From assembly GCA_973895155.1 (NCBI GenBank), contig OZ316893.1, positions 5,780,171 to 5,844,170 on the forward strand: a DNA stretch of 64,000 nt. The letters run 5' to 3'. The position numbers and the translations under genes are program-made. The notes under the pieces were generated by a model. It had not been told where the DNA came from. It ran no database searches and was given only the letters and a program-made list of their open reading frames with translations. Positions 13,418-25,011 of the stretch are shown piece after piece. This stretch comes from Marsupella aquatica (Eukaryota; Plantae; Marchantiophyta). Each line of letters begins with the position of its first letter. Position 1 is the stretch's first letter.

Positions 13418-13939
13418 AATCAGAACCATAAACCTAGACCTCGAGAAAGAGAGTGAAGAACATGAAGAGGGGCGTAAAAGTCAGGTTTACTATGTGCATT
13501 TTCATCCACCCCGTTTGCATAATCAATCCTGTTCAAAATATGGGTTCTGTCCAGAGCTGTGCATGTCAAGCATGGAATTGGGTCACTATTCATGACCATG
13601 ATTCCCTCAGGTGACGGCACTATTATTTTCATTGCAATCTCACGCCTATGATGAACTCCTAAAATACATACTATGAGAAACGTCGTGTGGAATCTTAATC
13701 AAGGACTGTCGGATCATACTGTGATCAATAAGTTTATTCACATGCACAACACGGGCATGGATAGTGCTAAACATCATCCTCATGAATGGGTCCGTAGTGA
13801 CCAGCTCGATACTCCATGATAAGCTGCATAGCCTCCTCTACGCTAACCGCGCAACCGGGCCCGTATGGTAGGGGGTATGTGATACGTGAGATGGGTCACG
13901 GGTGTTTCTGGGGTAACTGTGCTGCAAATCTCAACAACA

Positions 13940-14011
13940 TGGACTGGCTAGGATTTGAACCTGGGACCTCCCGTGTACAACGCCAGTGCACTACCATCGA
14001 GCTGCGAGCCC
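13940..14011 (-). pseudogene. Degenerate tRNA-like sequence (tRNA pseudogene or SINE head)
   Basis: Minus strand reads GGGCTCGCAGCTCGATGGTAGTGCACTGGCGTTGTACACGGGAGGTCCCAGGTTCAAATCCTAGCCAGTCCA. It has an A-box-like sequence and the B-box GGTTCAAATCC at tRNA spacing, but the acceptor and anticodon stems are mismatched. Confidence 0.7.
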
Positions 14012-14076
14012 TTTATGCCTACGTCCATCGTCAAAGCGTTATTCATATCCAACAAAGTGCCCATCAAAAAAAGTTG

Positions 14077-14225
14077 CATATACGGTGTACGACATTCCTC
14101 CATACCATGATAACGTGGTTAATTTCTTTAAATCACTGAGTGCACTGTAAACTCTGTGCATTCAGTGATTTAAAGTCAATACGAAGGTCTATCATGGTAT
14201 GGAGAAATGTCGTACACCGTATATG
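14077..14225. repeat. ~150-nt hairpin (36-bp outer arms 35/36, 20-bp inner arms 19/20)
   Basis: 14077-14112 pairs with 14190-14225, and 14126-14145 pairs with 14156-14175. Confidence 0.93.
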
Positions 14226-15062
14226 TCACATTTTGACGTGCATGTTTCCGCCCCGGAGTTGACGAGCTAACCATGGTAACCCCAAGACAAACCAAGTACA
14301 CTGTTTACTGAACACTAATTGTGTAGCTCCAAAAAATTGAATCCCTCTTGAAATAGTCTTGCTAACACTAAATCTGTATTAACAGATAGGACTTTCTCTG
14401 GCCAATGGGGCTTGCTGGTCTTGAGATCCCTGTGTTTGAGATTGACAACCTGGTTTCTGGGCTTTCATCACATGTTGTTGCCGCACCCCAGGTGGGGTAG
14501 TTGATTGTATGTTATGGGATCACTCTTTCTGTTCTTCCTTGCCACGGGGTTTTCGTGGTCACTATCTAAATAAATCATGAAAAAAACATTTCCAAGGAAA
14601 TTTGTATTAACAGTGATTGTGAGTGATTCAATTAGTGTTACACTAATTATGGAAATCAACTCACATTATTTATGGAGTGGCTATTGATACCAAAAATGTT
14701 GCATGAAACCATGAATCTTGTTTGTAATAGTAGTCACACTATTTGGGTGTGAAGAATGTGAGTTGAAAATGGTATGGAATTGGTTGAATTTTTGGACAAT
14801 AGCATGGACCATGGAGAGAGCCCAACTAAACCATGAGATTTACATTAATAGTTCATTCATAAAGCATTCTATTATGTGTTTTCATAGGAATTATTGATTT
14901 TTGTGCTATGTTAGTATGTTCCATAATTAATGTTATTTGAGCTCCAATACTCCTCAATTCACATATTAGTGTTACTCACACTATTTACAGTGTCACTCTA
15001 TTTCCATAGTAACACTAACTATGGTAAACAGTGTAGTAGTCGCCCGCAACTCCCATTTTTGG

Positions 15063-15152
15063 ACGACGACACCCTTGCAGACCGTGATAACTCAAAATGT
15101 TTTCTTAATGTCAATGAATGTAGCAAAATTTTGATGTGTGATTTCCAGCAGG
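15063..15152 (+). repeat. ~100-bp dispersed module, copy 1 of 5
   Basis: ACGACACCCTTGCAGACCGTGATA...GTCAATGAATGTAGCAAAATTTTGATGTGTGATTTCCAGCAGG. Confidence 0.8.
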
Positions 15153-16036
15153 GTTTTCGATCGAGCCGTAAACTTGTTGTAAACCGAGAACCAACAAGGG
15201 TTGTGAAGAGAGAAACATTTATGAGTTTTAATGCAATTAAAGGTTGACCCTGCAGAGAAGTACACGGGAAAATCAGCAAGGATTGTGGTAGCTGAAAATT
15301 GCCTGATGTGACTCGTAACTACATACATGCCTAAAGAAAACTCTATCCAGGGGCGTCTACCAGTTCGTGCTTGGCGTGACAATAACAGTTTGTATTTCCT
15401 GGGCAGAGCAAGGAGCGCTATTAGAACCCTATAGAATTTCCCTGATCAGTTTAGCATTAGTCGTATGGAATGTAGAAAGCCATACTACGACATACATAAA
15501 GAAACGGGATGGAATCCCTGTAATACAATGTCAACAGGTGATTACACTGCGAATTACGTTGTTCCATACGATGCCCTTGATGAAATGGATCCCGATGTCA
15601 CCGTAAACGTTCAATACCATATACGTGCAATACTGGTACCAATGCACATAACATATGAAACATATATGTACCGGGAGATTGTATCATGGTATGGAATGCC
15701 CCCGAAGCCGCCACTCCACTACAAATAGCTTCCGTTTAGGGCGTCGAGAATTCGAATCCATGTCCTATGTGCAAGTCCTGCCCTATGCTGTCGAGAACTT
15801 TTCGTGGTTACCAGAGAGAAGCGGAGTGTTCGCTTCCATCCCGAAGCTGACAGTGCTCCGCAAAAGTTTGAGCTTTTCTTCAAAGTGCTGCGTCCTACAT
15901 TCAACTCTTCTACATTCACTTCTTCTTTGAATACTAGGCTCGACAGCACAGGGCTTTGCAGCTGCTTCGCCTATCCTGCAGCAGCTACCTTCTATGGGCG
16001 TTTACTTACTTCTCAGCTCCTGCTCCTACAACAGCA

Positions 16037-17170
16037 ATGGCAGACCGAGGAACACATCCAAGGGCACTAACCCTGGCCGGACGGTGGAAAAAGAAAAGAA
16101 CTGAGCAGAAGGACTACTTCCGCCGTTTCTATTATGATGACAGCCTTGGGGTTGGCGAATTGAATCACGTTCATGAACCTTCGCTACCAGTGCCTCCAGC
16201 TTTGATTTCTGTCATACAGATCGCACTATTTGGTGGTGATAAGGACACTTGGATTGACAAGCTGCTGGACCCAGCCAAAGATTTGAAGCGCCGGATCACT
16301 GAGTCTGGTAAAGAACAGTCGCATTTGTTCAGTGATTGGGTGAGCATGGCCCGATGGAAGATCGCATATGGCCGCCCAATGCCCCGTATGACAGATGATG
16401 AGTGGAGGAGGACGGAGAGGGGTTTGGACGCAGTAGATTTCATGGCTTCCAGAAAGTTTGTTCTTGGAGAAGAGCAGGATGTGTTTGTCAAGTTCAAGAT
16501 GGAAATGGCTTCGAGCGCACTGGCGTACATTGCTGTGATAGAAGCGTCTGACTTATGGGGAAATTGGGCATTCCAAAGAGAAGCTGCTGCTTTGGCTGAC
16601 CTTCATTACAAGAACTGGAAGCGCACTTTCAAGAAGTCATTTCTGAAAGAAGAGGCCAAATACATATACAAGAAACTGACATTTCCCAGCTTCAAAATTG
16701 GGAATTTCGCAGCCATCAGGCTGGTAAGTTATGATATGTTACTGTCCTCAGAGAATTTTGATTGTTACTGATCGAGCTATGGCATGTTATTGTCCTCACA
16801 AGCCCAAATGAGTTTTTATTGTTACTGCTCGTGCTATGACATGGTACTATTCATGGCATGCCCAGTGGCGTAACAATTCCGTGTTTTAACGTAGGGAAAA
16901 TTGGAGGAGCCAGTCAGCGATTCGTCCGACGCCACTTCAGACGCTGTGCCTTTCACCCCGCCGGTAAAGGTTTCGCCTAAGCGGCCCCGTCAGCCCTGTG
17001 CATTTGGCTGTGCCCATTGTAGTACACAGGCCACTTCAACCCACAAACGTAGGGGCACCCCAGGAGACGAGAAAATGAGGACTGCTTCGCAGATCTTAGG
17101 AAAGATGAGAGAGGACGAGCGTCTAGTGTTTGAGGACCTGTCATCCGTTCAGTCTTCCTCCTCCCTGTAG
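16037..17170 (+). CDS. Orphan protein, probable distant paralogue C (exons 16037-16723 and 16895-17170)
   Basis: 229-codon exon ending CTG|GTAAGT and an acceptor TAG|GGA AAA in phase 0. Exon 2 starts GK, as in paralogues A and B. The pattern ALAYI...W...AF...LHYKNWK resembles AQAYM...WYDAF...MNYLDWR. Confidence 0.6.
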
Positions 17171-17960
17171 TTTCTTGCTGTTTGTGATGCAATGGCCAGT
17201 GCATGGCATGTTGTACTTCATTTTTGCGGTATGCATAAATAAAGAGTCCTACGAGGGTGCGATGTGAAATAAGTGATATGATGACAAGACTCAATTTTAT
17301 CATGGTATGTATTGTCATATATTTGATCATAGTTAATCAGTCTCCTCATTAGCAACCGTCGTGTCGTTAGCAGCCTTCGGCGCGCCGGGTGCCGTCTCTC
17401 CGCCTCACTGGGTACTCGGACATACTATGATTTACAGTCAATCCTAGTATCTGTGTATGCCGTCTCTCCGCCTCACTGGGTACTCGGACATACTATGATT
17501 TATGGAAACAGTCAATCCTAGTACCTGTGAATGAAACCTCGAAGCATCCACAAAGTTTGCCACCCGACATTATCATTGTCTAGAACAAAACTTTATTTGT
17601 TTGATAGCGGAACACCGCAGTACAATGAAGGGATATACAGGCACAAAGAGAAACACGGCGTAGGGTAAAAGGCCCATGCTTGCTGCTCATGAAAATGCAA
17701 AAATATATGGCGCGTAGTCACTGAGTTATAAAAAACTGACGAAAATCACGGTATGTATTGATCATTCACGAGCACGGTGTGTATTCAGTATCATAAACCT
17801 GGTGCAAACTAAACAAAAATCCCCAGAAGTCTCCTCGTTAGCAACCTTCGGCACACTGGGTCCCTACAAAACTGACAAAAATCCCTACACCTTCGAAGTC
17901 CACCCTTGCGCTAAACTTGAATAAGCGGCCGTGTAGCGGTCAGTCGTCTAGATCAGCCTC

Positions 17961-18593
17961 CTACAATGCCTTTATAAGATCACTGAGGACTTTTTTTGCA
18001 CTAGAAGACTTCGACGGAGTAGTTGACGAAGACTTAGCTGGAGTAGTCAACTTAGTCTCCTTACCATTGGTGGAAGTCCTGGCGATGGGCCTCCTCGCAC
18101 TGGAGGACCCAGCATGTAGGGAACGTGGCACTGTCAAACCCTCATCCATAATCGTCAGGTGCTCAATATGCAACTCCATATCTCTTATTGAAAGTGACAC
18201 TTTAATCTTGGGACAATTCTGCAGAACTGACTGTACCAGACGAACCTGGTCTAGCTCAGGCAAGACATTGAAGTCATATGGGGTACACTTCAACAAATTG
18301 CAGGCACATTTCCAGATGTTAGCCCGCACGGGTTTTCGCGCCCCGTGTACTACATCGAATAAAACGAGCTCAAATCTAAACTTTGGTTCCCCCGGTAAAC
18401 GATGCCCACATTGCGGCCCGAATTCGAGCGATCTCGAGCATGAAGTTTGTGGACACGCAGAGTAAACAAATTTACGTGGGTATGGATGCCTGGCTACATA
18501 ATTGAACGCCCACACCAAGGAGGGTGGAAAGTCCTTGCCTTTAGAAGCCGCCTAACAACCCTCAAATTCTGCGAGTGGAGTCCATTCAGCCAT
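17961..18593 (-). pseudogene. RPA1 C-terminal-like OB-fold/zinc-ribbon ssDNA-binding protein with an in-frame stop at codon 14
   Basis: YSACPQTSCSRSL...QCGH...KFRFELVLFD resembles the RPA70-C pattern YxACxxxxCxK..C..RYxLxxxxxD. The frame MAEWTPLAEFEGC*AASKGKDFPPSLVWAF is continuous across the TAG at 18554-18552. Confidence 0.65.
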
Positions 18594-18929
18594 GGCGTGG
18601 AGAGGTTGGTAACGCGGATAGGGGCATGCGTCTGCCTTCAACCCGTTGCTTCCAAGTCTGCCTGCGGCCGCGCTATCATATCGCTCACAACACACGCAAA
18701 TCAAAGTCAGAGCTGTTGCCTCAAAGTCGAAGCTGTATCTGCGCCCGCAAACAGAACTGCTACTCGCCGCATCAAAACTATTGTGCACACTTCCACTGCT
18801 ATCGACTTGCAATAAGTACCGCCAAGGTAAACGTAATATTCACGCTAAATAATACCGTCCCAATAATATCACGTAATAGAGTACGGAGCATGCCAGCCCA
18901 GTCCATGATAAACGCATCAAAATATGACA

Positions 18930-19180
18930 TATACTATGTACGGTACCACTTCATACCGTGATAATCCTTGTTTTTCTCTTGCAATCAATGACTGCAACCA
19001 TATTTTGATGTATGATTACCAGCAGGGACGATAAATGCTTAACAATTAGGTATACATCGTTCACTGTAGACCATGTAATATTACAGATACTATGTACGGA
19101 ACCCCTGCATACCGCGATACTTGTAATGTGACTTTCAATCAATGAATGGAGCCACATTTTGATGTATGATTACAAGCAGG
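18930..19180 (+). repeat. ~100-bp dispersed module, copies 2 and 3 in tandem
   Basis: ATACTATGTACGG..CATACCGYGATA..ATCAATGA.TG..CCAYATTTTGATGTATGATTAC.AGCAGG at ~18930-19027 and ~19087-19180. Confidence 0.88.
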
Positions 19181-19443
19181 CTCCGAATTACATAAGGGTG
19201 CTCACAAACAATCCTGCTAAATGGACACGAAAATGGGGCAGCATACCAATCGTCATAAACCACATTAGATGTCTATAAATCAATGAATGCACATCTTATA
19301 TTCCTCCCTCCTTCTCACTCTGCATAGTACTAGGGGAGTGATAGAGGGCGTCACTCCACAAGTTCATCTCTCTTTGGACTCATGCGGGCCGTTGTAGTTG
19401 TCTTTATCATTCCACTAGCTCAATACCCGTGCATTGCACAACA

Positions 19444-19840
19444 GATGTCGTTCCTGATGTTGTTGAGAACAAAAGAGGTCGTGTCGTCCAAGAGGTTGTT
19501 GAAAATAAAGATGTCATGTCGGCCAAGTCATCGGTCGTTGAGAAGAAACTTAAGATGCTGTGTCGCCCAAGATGTGAGAACAAAAGGTGTCGTGTTGGCC
19601 GAGATGCCGGTGATAACAAAAGATGTCATGTCGGCCAAGAAGTCGTTGAGAACAACAGATGTCATGTCTCCCATTCAAGATGTTATTAAGAAAAAAGATG
19701 TCATGTCATCTAAGATGTCATTAAGAAAAACTAATGTTGTGTTGCCCAAGACGTTGTTGTTTAAGAAAAAAGATGTGGTGTCACCCAAGATGCCGTTAAG
19801 AAAAAAAGATGTGGTGTCGCCCAAGATGTTCTTAAGAAAA
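19444..19840 (+). repeat. Degenerate minisatellite (~33-36-bp unit)
   Basis: Recurring AAGAAAAAAGATGT(C/G)(A/G)TGTC(A/G)CCCAAGATG. The ORFs here are by-products of the repeat. Confidence 0.8.
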
Positions 19841-20675
19841 TCTTGTGCAAAAATGGGCGCACAAAATGAGTAAAACAACCACAAAGTATAACCAGTCAAG
19901 AATGATTTTTGTCTTAGTATTTTTCATTTTGTAATTCCTTGAAAACCTTAACTTCTCCCCCCCCCCCCTTTAGGCCTTTTGTACTATTTTTTGGTTTGAA
20001 CTTTTCTATTACATTATGTAATATTTGTAATCATTTAAACTCCTCCTAGGACATAGATTACCATGGGGTACAATGTCTAGGCATGGAAAATACTATTTCT
20101 ATGCATGGGGCTTAGTATGCATGGATAGTACTATACATAGATGGTCCATAAAATATTTGATTATTGTGTATTGGCATTCCCTGATCGACATTCCCAATTC
20201 CCCTTTAGTTCTTGCTTGGAAATTTCACACTCAATATAATTCAATTTTGTTTTATTCCTTCTCTTGGCCAGATTTTTTAATTTTTGTGCCCTGCATATTT
20301 GAATGACGACCACTCTAAAAAGTGGCGCAACTGTGTATTATAGGAGTTAATATATCTTCCTCTCCTTTTCGAGGTTATGAAGTTGTGTAAAAGACTTCAA
20401 CATGAACTCCATAAAGAGCAAGAGGAGTATACAGTGTGCGGTCAGCGATAATACATACTTCATGAAGTTCATCACGGTATGGAGCACCCAAACATGGCAG
20501 GGTCCATGAACAGCAAGAGGAATATCCCCATGCGGTTAGCGATATTACAAAATTCACGAAATTCATCACGGTATGGAGTGATACAAAGATGAGGTGTAGT
20601 AAACGTTCAACTACACAAGTAGTGAAGTAGTAAAAGCTCAATACACTAATAAGTTTAGCAAATGAGGTACAAATG

Positions 20676-22461
20676 TCATAAGACAATAGGAGGAGGGTCA
20701 ACTACAATCAGGGGAAGACTCGCTACAAATCCAAGTGCTAACTTCCCTTTGGCCCTATTGCCCTTCAAATACTGTCGGCGAAAAATATCCTGTCGGAGTC
20801 TCATCAGATCTGGGTCACTGGTCTTCCGGATGGGATGTCCATCCGGTCCAATCCAAACATAATAATCTGAGGGCCATGGAATGTCTGGGGCTGGAAGAGG
20901 GATAGGTGCAATGACCTTTCTACAATGATAAACCCAACTCCACAACTGCGGAACCTCAATCTCTGGCATGCGCAGCTTGTTGATAGGAAGCCATAAATAC
21001 CAGGATAACTAGGAACCATGTCATATGTATGTACAAAAGGGAGCGAGTGGGAACCAAACATCAGTGGAGGTAAGGGTGGTGCAAGAGGAATGCGTGTGTC
21101 AATCAGTGTAGTGATCATGGTAGCAAACGCGGCAGGAAGAGCAAAAAGGGGCTCAATATCGGCAGTAGAAGAGACAATAGGATGCTGAGACATCAAAGGT
21201 GTAGGAGCTAGAAATGGTACACTGGGGGGCTCTAATGTCTCAGTATTCGGATTAGGCTCGGGAATGGGTTCATTTCCTTCCCTGGTAGGGGAGGGAGATA
21301 GAACATCAGAGTGTGGTAAAGTGGCACCCTGAGTGGAAGGGGATGAAAGGGGAGAGGGTACAGGTGAAGGTGGTAAAGGCTCGGGGATGGGAGAAGGAAG
21401 GTGCTCGGGAGTGGGTGTACATGTAGGAGGAATACATGCATCAACTATGGGTACCTCTGGCTCCTCAACATCATAGGGATATCAGGCTGGGGGGAAGGTA
21501 CTAAGGGTGAGGCAGGGGGAAGTGGAGTGGAATGAGGATCCGCAATCAAACTCCGAATACAATCAAGTAACTGGGATGGGGTACAGGTCAAAAGTCGTGC
21601 AGCCTCGGCAACCAAATGCTGGTTGAAACCAGCCACACTAGCTAGTCTCTCAGCATCACCAATAAAATCAGTCCATGAAGTGGAAGAGGTGGAAGTCACA
21701 AAAGTGGAAGAAGTCGTCCCTGGTACCTCTGGTGGTGTCGCCTGCTGCACTAGGGGTGTCGGTGATGTCGTAGGTGGTGGAGTCAGCTCTCTCGCACACT
21801 CTGGCTGTGGAAGCTCAAAGTGTCTCACTCTCCTCCTCCAATCGCTCAGCTCCACTGGTAACAAACAATGTCTCGTCCAGTAGACATGCGCCAAGTAAGG
21901 TGTCAAATAAGTTTGGCTAGTAGTAGTGACAACCGCAACCTGCTTGGTGATGACCTCTGAAAGAACTAGGGCCCAGTTGATCTTCCTCTTGCCGGTCCAT
22001 GAAGCAATGATGGAACTGGCTAAGTAAACCATAACCCTAATGGGCTTGGTAGGATGAAAAATGGGTACAAGGAATCGGAGCAAATGAGCTAACTCCTGGT
22101 TCCTGCACTGATCAATCCTCCAACCAGTCCTCCGATCTCTGACACCTCGAAAGTAGCGAGCAGTCAAGTCCTCCCCAACGGAGTACAATCTCTCTCCCTC
22201 CTGACTCAACTGATAGACCTTGGCAACTATAGCAGGAGTGCAAACATTGGTCGAACCTCTAGTGGAACTTCTAAAAGTACCAGGGCTCGGTACTCGAAGA
22301 AAATCTGCAATGAGGGATCCATGCACCATGTCCCATGGGAGAAAAAGCAAGTGACTCAATCCCATCTCAACTAGGTTGCCTAAGAGGTGAAAATAAGCAT
22401 CAGGGCCAGAAGGTAGATTCACCCTGATGCTCTTACTAACTGGTAGAACTCGGGCAGCCAT
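20676..22461 (-). pseudogene. Retroelement-type accessory ORF with a Pro-rich tail, disrupted by two apparent frameshifts
   Basis: 338-aa ORF with FLVPIFHPTKP.R...RKINWALVL...LTPYLAHVY, resembling accessory ORFs of bryophyte Ty3/Tat-type elements (recalled, not searched). Coding-like sequence continues in shifted frames: EPEVPIVDAC...EPPSVPFLAPTPL from ~21470, then MPEIEVPQLW...PPPIVL to 20676. Confidence 0.55.
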
Positions 22462-23301
22462 AGAATCTGAAAATCAGAGAAGACTATGCAATTATCCTGA
22501 ATGGCTAAACATTGGGATTTCAGGTTGCCAATGACAAGGTCCTGGTGTAGCCACGATGCTACTGGAGAAGAAAGAATTGAGAAGATGAACTGGTGAGAGA
22601 GTACTAATCGGGCGAAGTTCGGAAATCCATAGCTTCCTGAACTTCAAGAAATCTCTGAACTTCACCAATTCAGTATGGCTTAACCACTTAACAAACTTCG
22701 TTCAGCTTTCAGGTGCACCATCCCTAAGCAGCTGCGGATGTAGAGAAAGAAAATCGAGTCCAAAAGGTGGCCTACTGAGTGCGCATTGAGTGTGGAGCCG
22801 GCGCCTTCCCTACCGGCCACCATGGACGTCCTTCAAGAAAGAAAATACCAAGTCATCGAGCCCGTCCCTCAGTGTTAGTTTTTGTAAGATGGACGTCCTC
22901 GACGGCTTTACGTGGGGCCGTCCAAGACGTCACCTGAAGGATATGGACGTCCATGGGGGAAAACATCGTCGCAGGTCGCCGGCCGGTGGGGTTGAGGATA
23001 GAGCCGTCCTGGACGGCCTTACTTCAGGGTCGTCAGGGACGTCACTTGGTTACCGTCCTCGAGGTCGCTTTTGTGGGGAGAGGGGGCTAAGCAGGGTTTA
23101 GGATATAGGGTTTAGGGTTAGGGGCGGGAGGTCATGGGCGGTGCTTACAGCGGACCGTCCAAGCCTTCAACATGTGGCCGTCTTTGAACTTATTGGAAAA
23201 CACCTTATTACCATTTAAGAGTAGCTTACAAAAATATTAAGTTTACAATTTATAGGGGGCTCTATAGGGTTTTAGAGTTTCTCAAAATATGCCATGTAAG
23301 T

Positions 23302-23392
23302 TGTACGACATCCCTGCATACCGTGATAACCCTAGTTCTTTTTATTTCAGTCAATGAATACAGCCACGTTTTGATGTGTGATTACCAGCAGG
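23302..23392 (+). repeat. ~100-bp dispersed module, copy 4
   Basis: TGTACGACATCCCTGCATACCGTGATA...GTCAATGAATACAGCCACGTTTTGATGTGTGATTACCAGCAGG. Confidence 0.88.
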
Positions 23393-23468
23393 AGTTCTAT
23401 AGTTCAACCATTCATAATCACCTAATTACAAGTTATAATAGAAAGATGAGGGGTTAACTTACTATTTC

Positions 23469-23995
23469 GAAGCTGCTATATGCTATATGGTGAATGCACA
23501 TTTCAGATTTTGTCTTATTGAGATTTTTGTGTCATGTATTTTCATTTCAATCTGCCTTATCAAGGGGCAGCCTTTGTATTCTATACATTTTTAATTAATT
23601 TTTAGACCCCTTTAGTTTTAGGTATTCTAGAGTGTTTTGAACTTATTTTGGCAGCCCCCTCTCACAATATGTGTTTTCTTAGAGATGAAACCAAAGGCTT
23701 CACCACCACGAGTGAGAGAAATGATGCTGAAGAACATGAATGCATAGCCTCTTAAGTTCTCCTCATGTTTTTCTTTCCTAGGTTTATGGTTTTTATTGAA
23801 AGGAGTGTCATTCATAAGGCACCCTGAGTTAAGTGCACACATCGTAGCATTGTTTGAGTGTACCTTTTCTTGGTCACTGTGCTTTTCTTGGCAGACACTT
23901 TACTTATATAACAGCACTTCTATGCTCTCATATTTTATTTACTTTCAGATCACTACAAGACAAAAAATAAAGCATGTTCCAGGATGAGCATGCTA
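23469..23995 (+). repeat. Diverged AT-rich block, copy 2 (copy 1 at 12907-13417)
   Basis: Shares start and end motifs with 12907-13417, including CACTACAAG at 23951. Confidence 0.75.
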
Positions 23996-23999
23996 TATG

Positions 24000-24300
24000 G
24001 AAGTATGTGGAGCAACAAGTTAAATTGCAAAGATTCAGCTTGTTTTATTGGAATATGTTGAGCCAAGTACCTAAACCGACTTTGTTTTATGGGAGAAAGA
24101 TAAGGTAATCTTTTGTGGGAGTATGTGCACCCACGGACTTCTATACAAAAGATGAGGAGAGAAAGGTAAGCTAATCTGTTATGGGAGTATGTGGAGCCAG
24201 GGAGTTGTAACGGAAAGATGAGGGAGAAAGATAAGCTAATCTTGTTCGGGAGTATGTGGACCCAAGGAGTTGTACTAGAAAGATGAGGGGAGGAAGATTA
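24000..24300 (+). repeat. Degenerate ~65-bp tandem repeat
   Basis: Recurring GGGAGTATGTG(G/C)A...AAAGATGAGG...AAGCTAATCT. Confidence 0.7.
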
Positions 24301-24559
24301 ACTTGATTTAAGGTGTAGTGTCATACTGTGAAGAACATACATGAATTCCGTGAATCCATGAGTGCAGGTCGCACATTAGTACTTTTTGAAGTGTGCTCGG
24401 CATCAATTCTGGTAGGTGTCGGCCAATGGGGGCGATTGGTATGTGAAGGGAACCTAAGCGGCAGTGCCTCGTGATCGTGATTTAGCGTGAAGGTATGGTT
24501 ATGATTATTGGACACAATTGCTGGCCCAGGTGAGGACGGGTGCACATCAAATGAAGACA

Positions 24560-24658
24560 CATACTATGTACGACACCTCGTGCATACCGTGATATCCCAA
24601 GTTTTTGTCTATCGATCAATGAATGCAACCACATTTTGATGTGTGATTACCGGCAGGG
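24560..24658 (+). repeat. ~100-bp dispersed module, copy 5
   Basis: CATACTATGTACGACACCTCGTGCATACCGTGATA...ATCAATGAATGCAACCACATTTTGATGTGTGATTACCGGCAGG. Confidence 0.88.
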
Positions 24659-25011
24659 GTGAAGGCGTACACCTCCGTCCTACTATCATACCATGACAAC
24701 ATGTATAAATCTCACGTATTAAGCAGTTTGGGCGCGACACGCGATTGGCACTGACTGACATAGACGCGCACTAACGCCTTTCCGCGATGCTCCGCGATGC
24801 AAGAATGTAAACATGCGAAGATGGTCTTCAGATTTGTACCCTGTATCCAATTGCATATAAACCTAGAGGAACGAGGTTCTGCACAACATAATTGTCGATA
24901 GGAAGTGGCCTACCTTCGTGAATGTTTATCACAGTGCTCAAACCTAAGCACATTGCAGGCAAGGGAGTTTGTGCTCGCTCACTACTCCATTTTAGCTTCC
25001 TTCCCACTTCC

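Noticed and set aside
19382-19873. 163-aa ORF with KKKDVVSPKM repeats
   Set aside because: The unit length is not a constant multiple of three and the repeat phase shifts between frames, so it is a minisatellite by-product.
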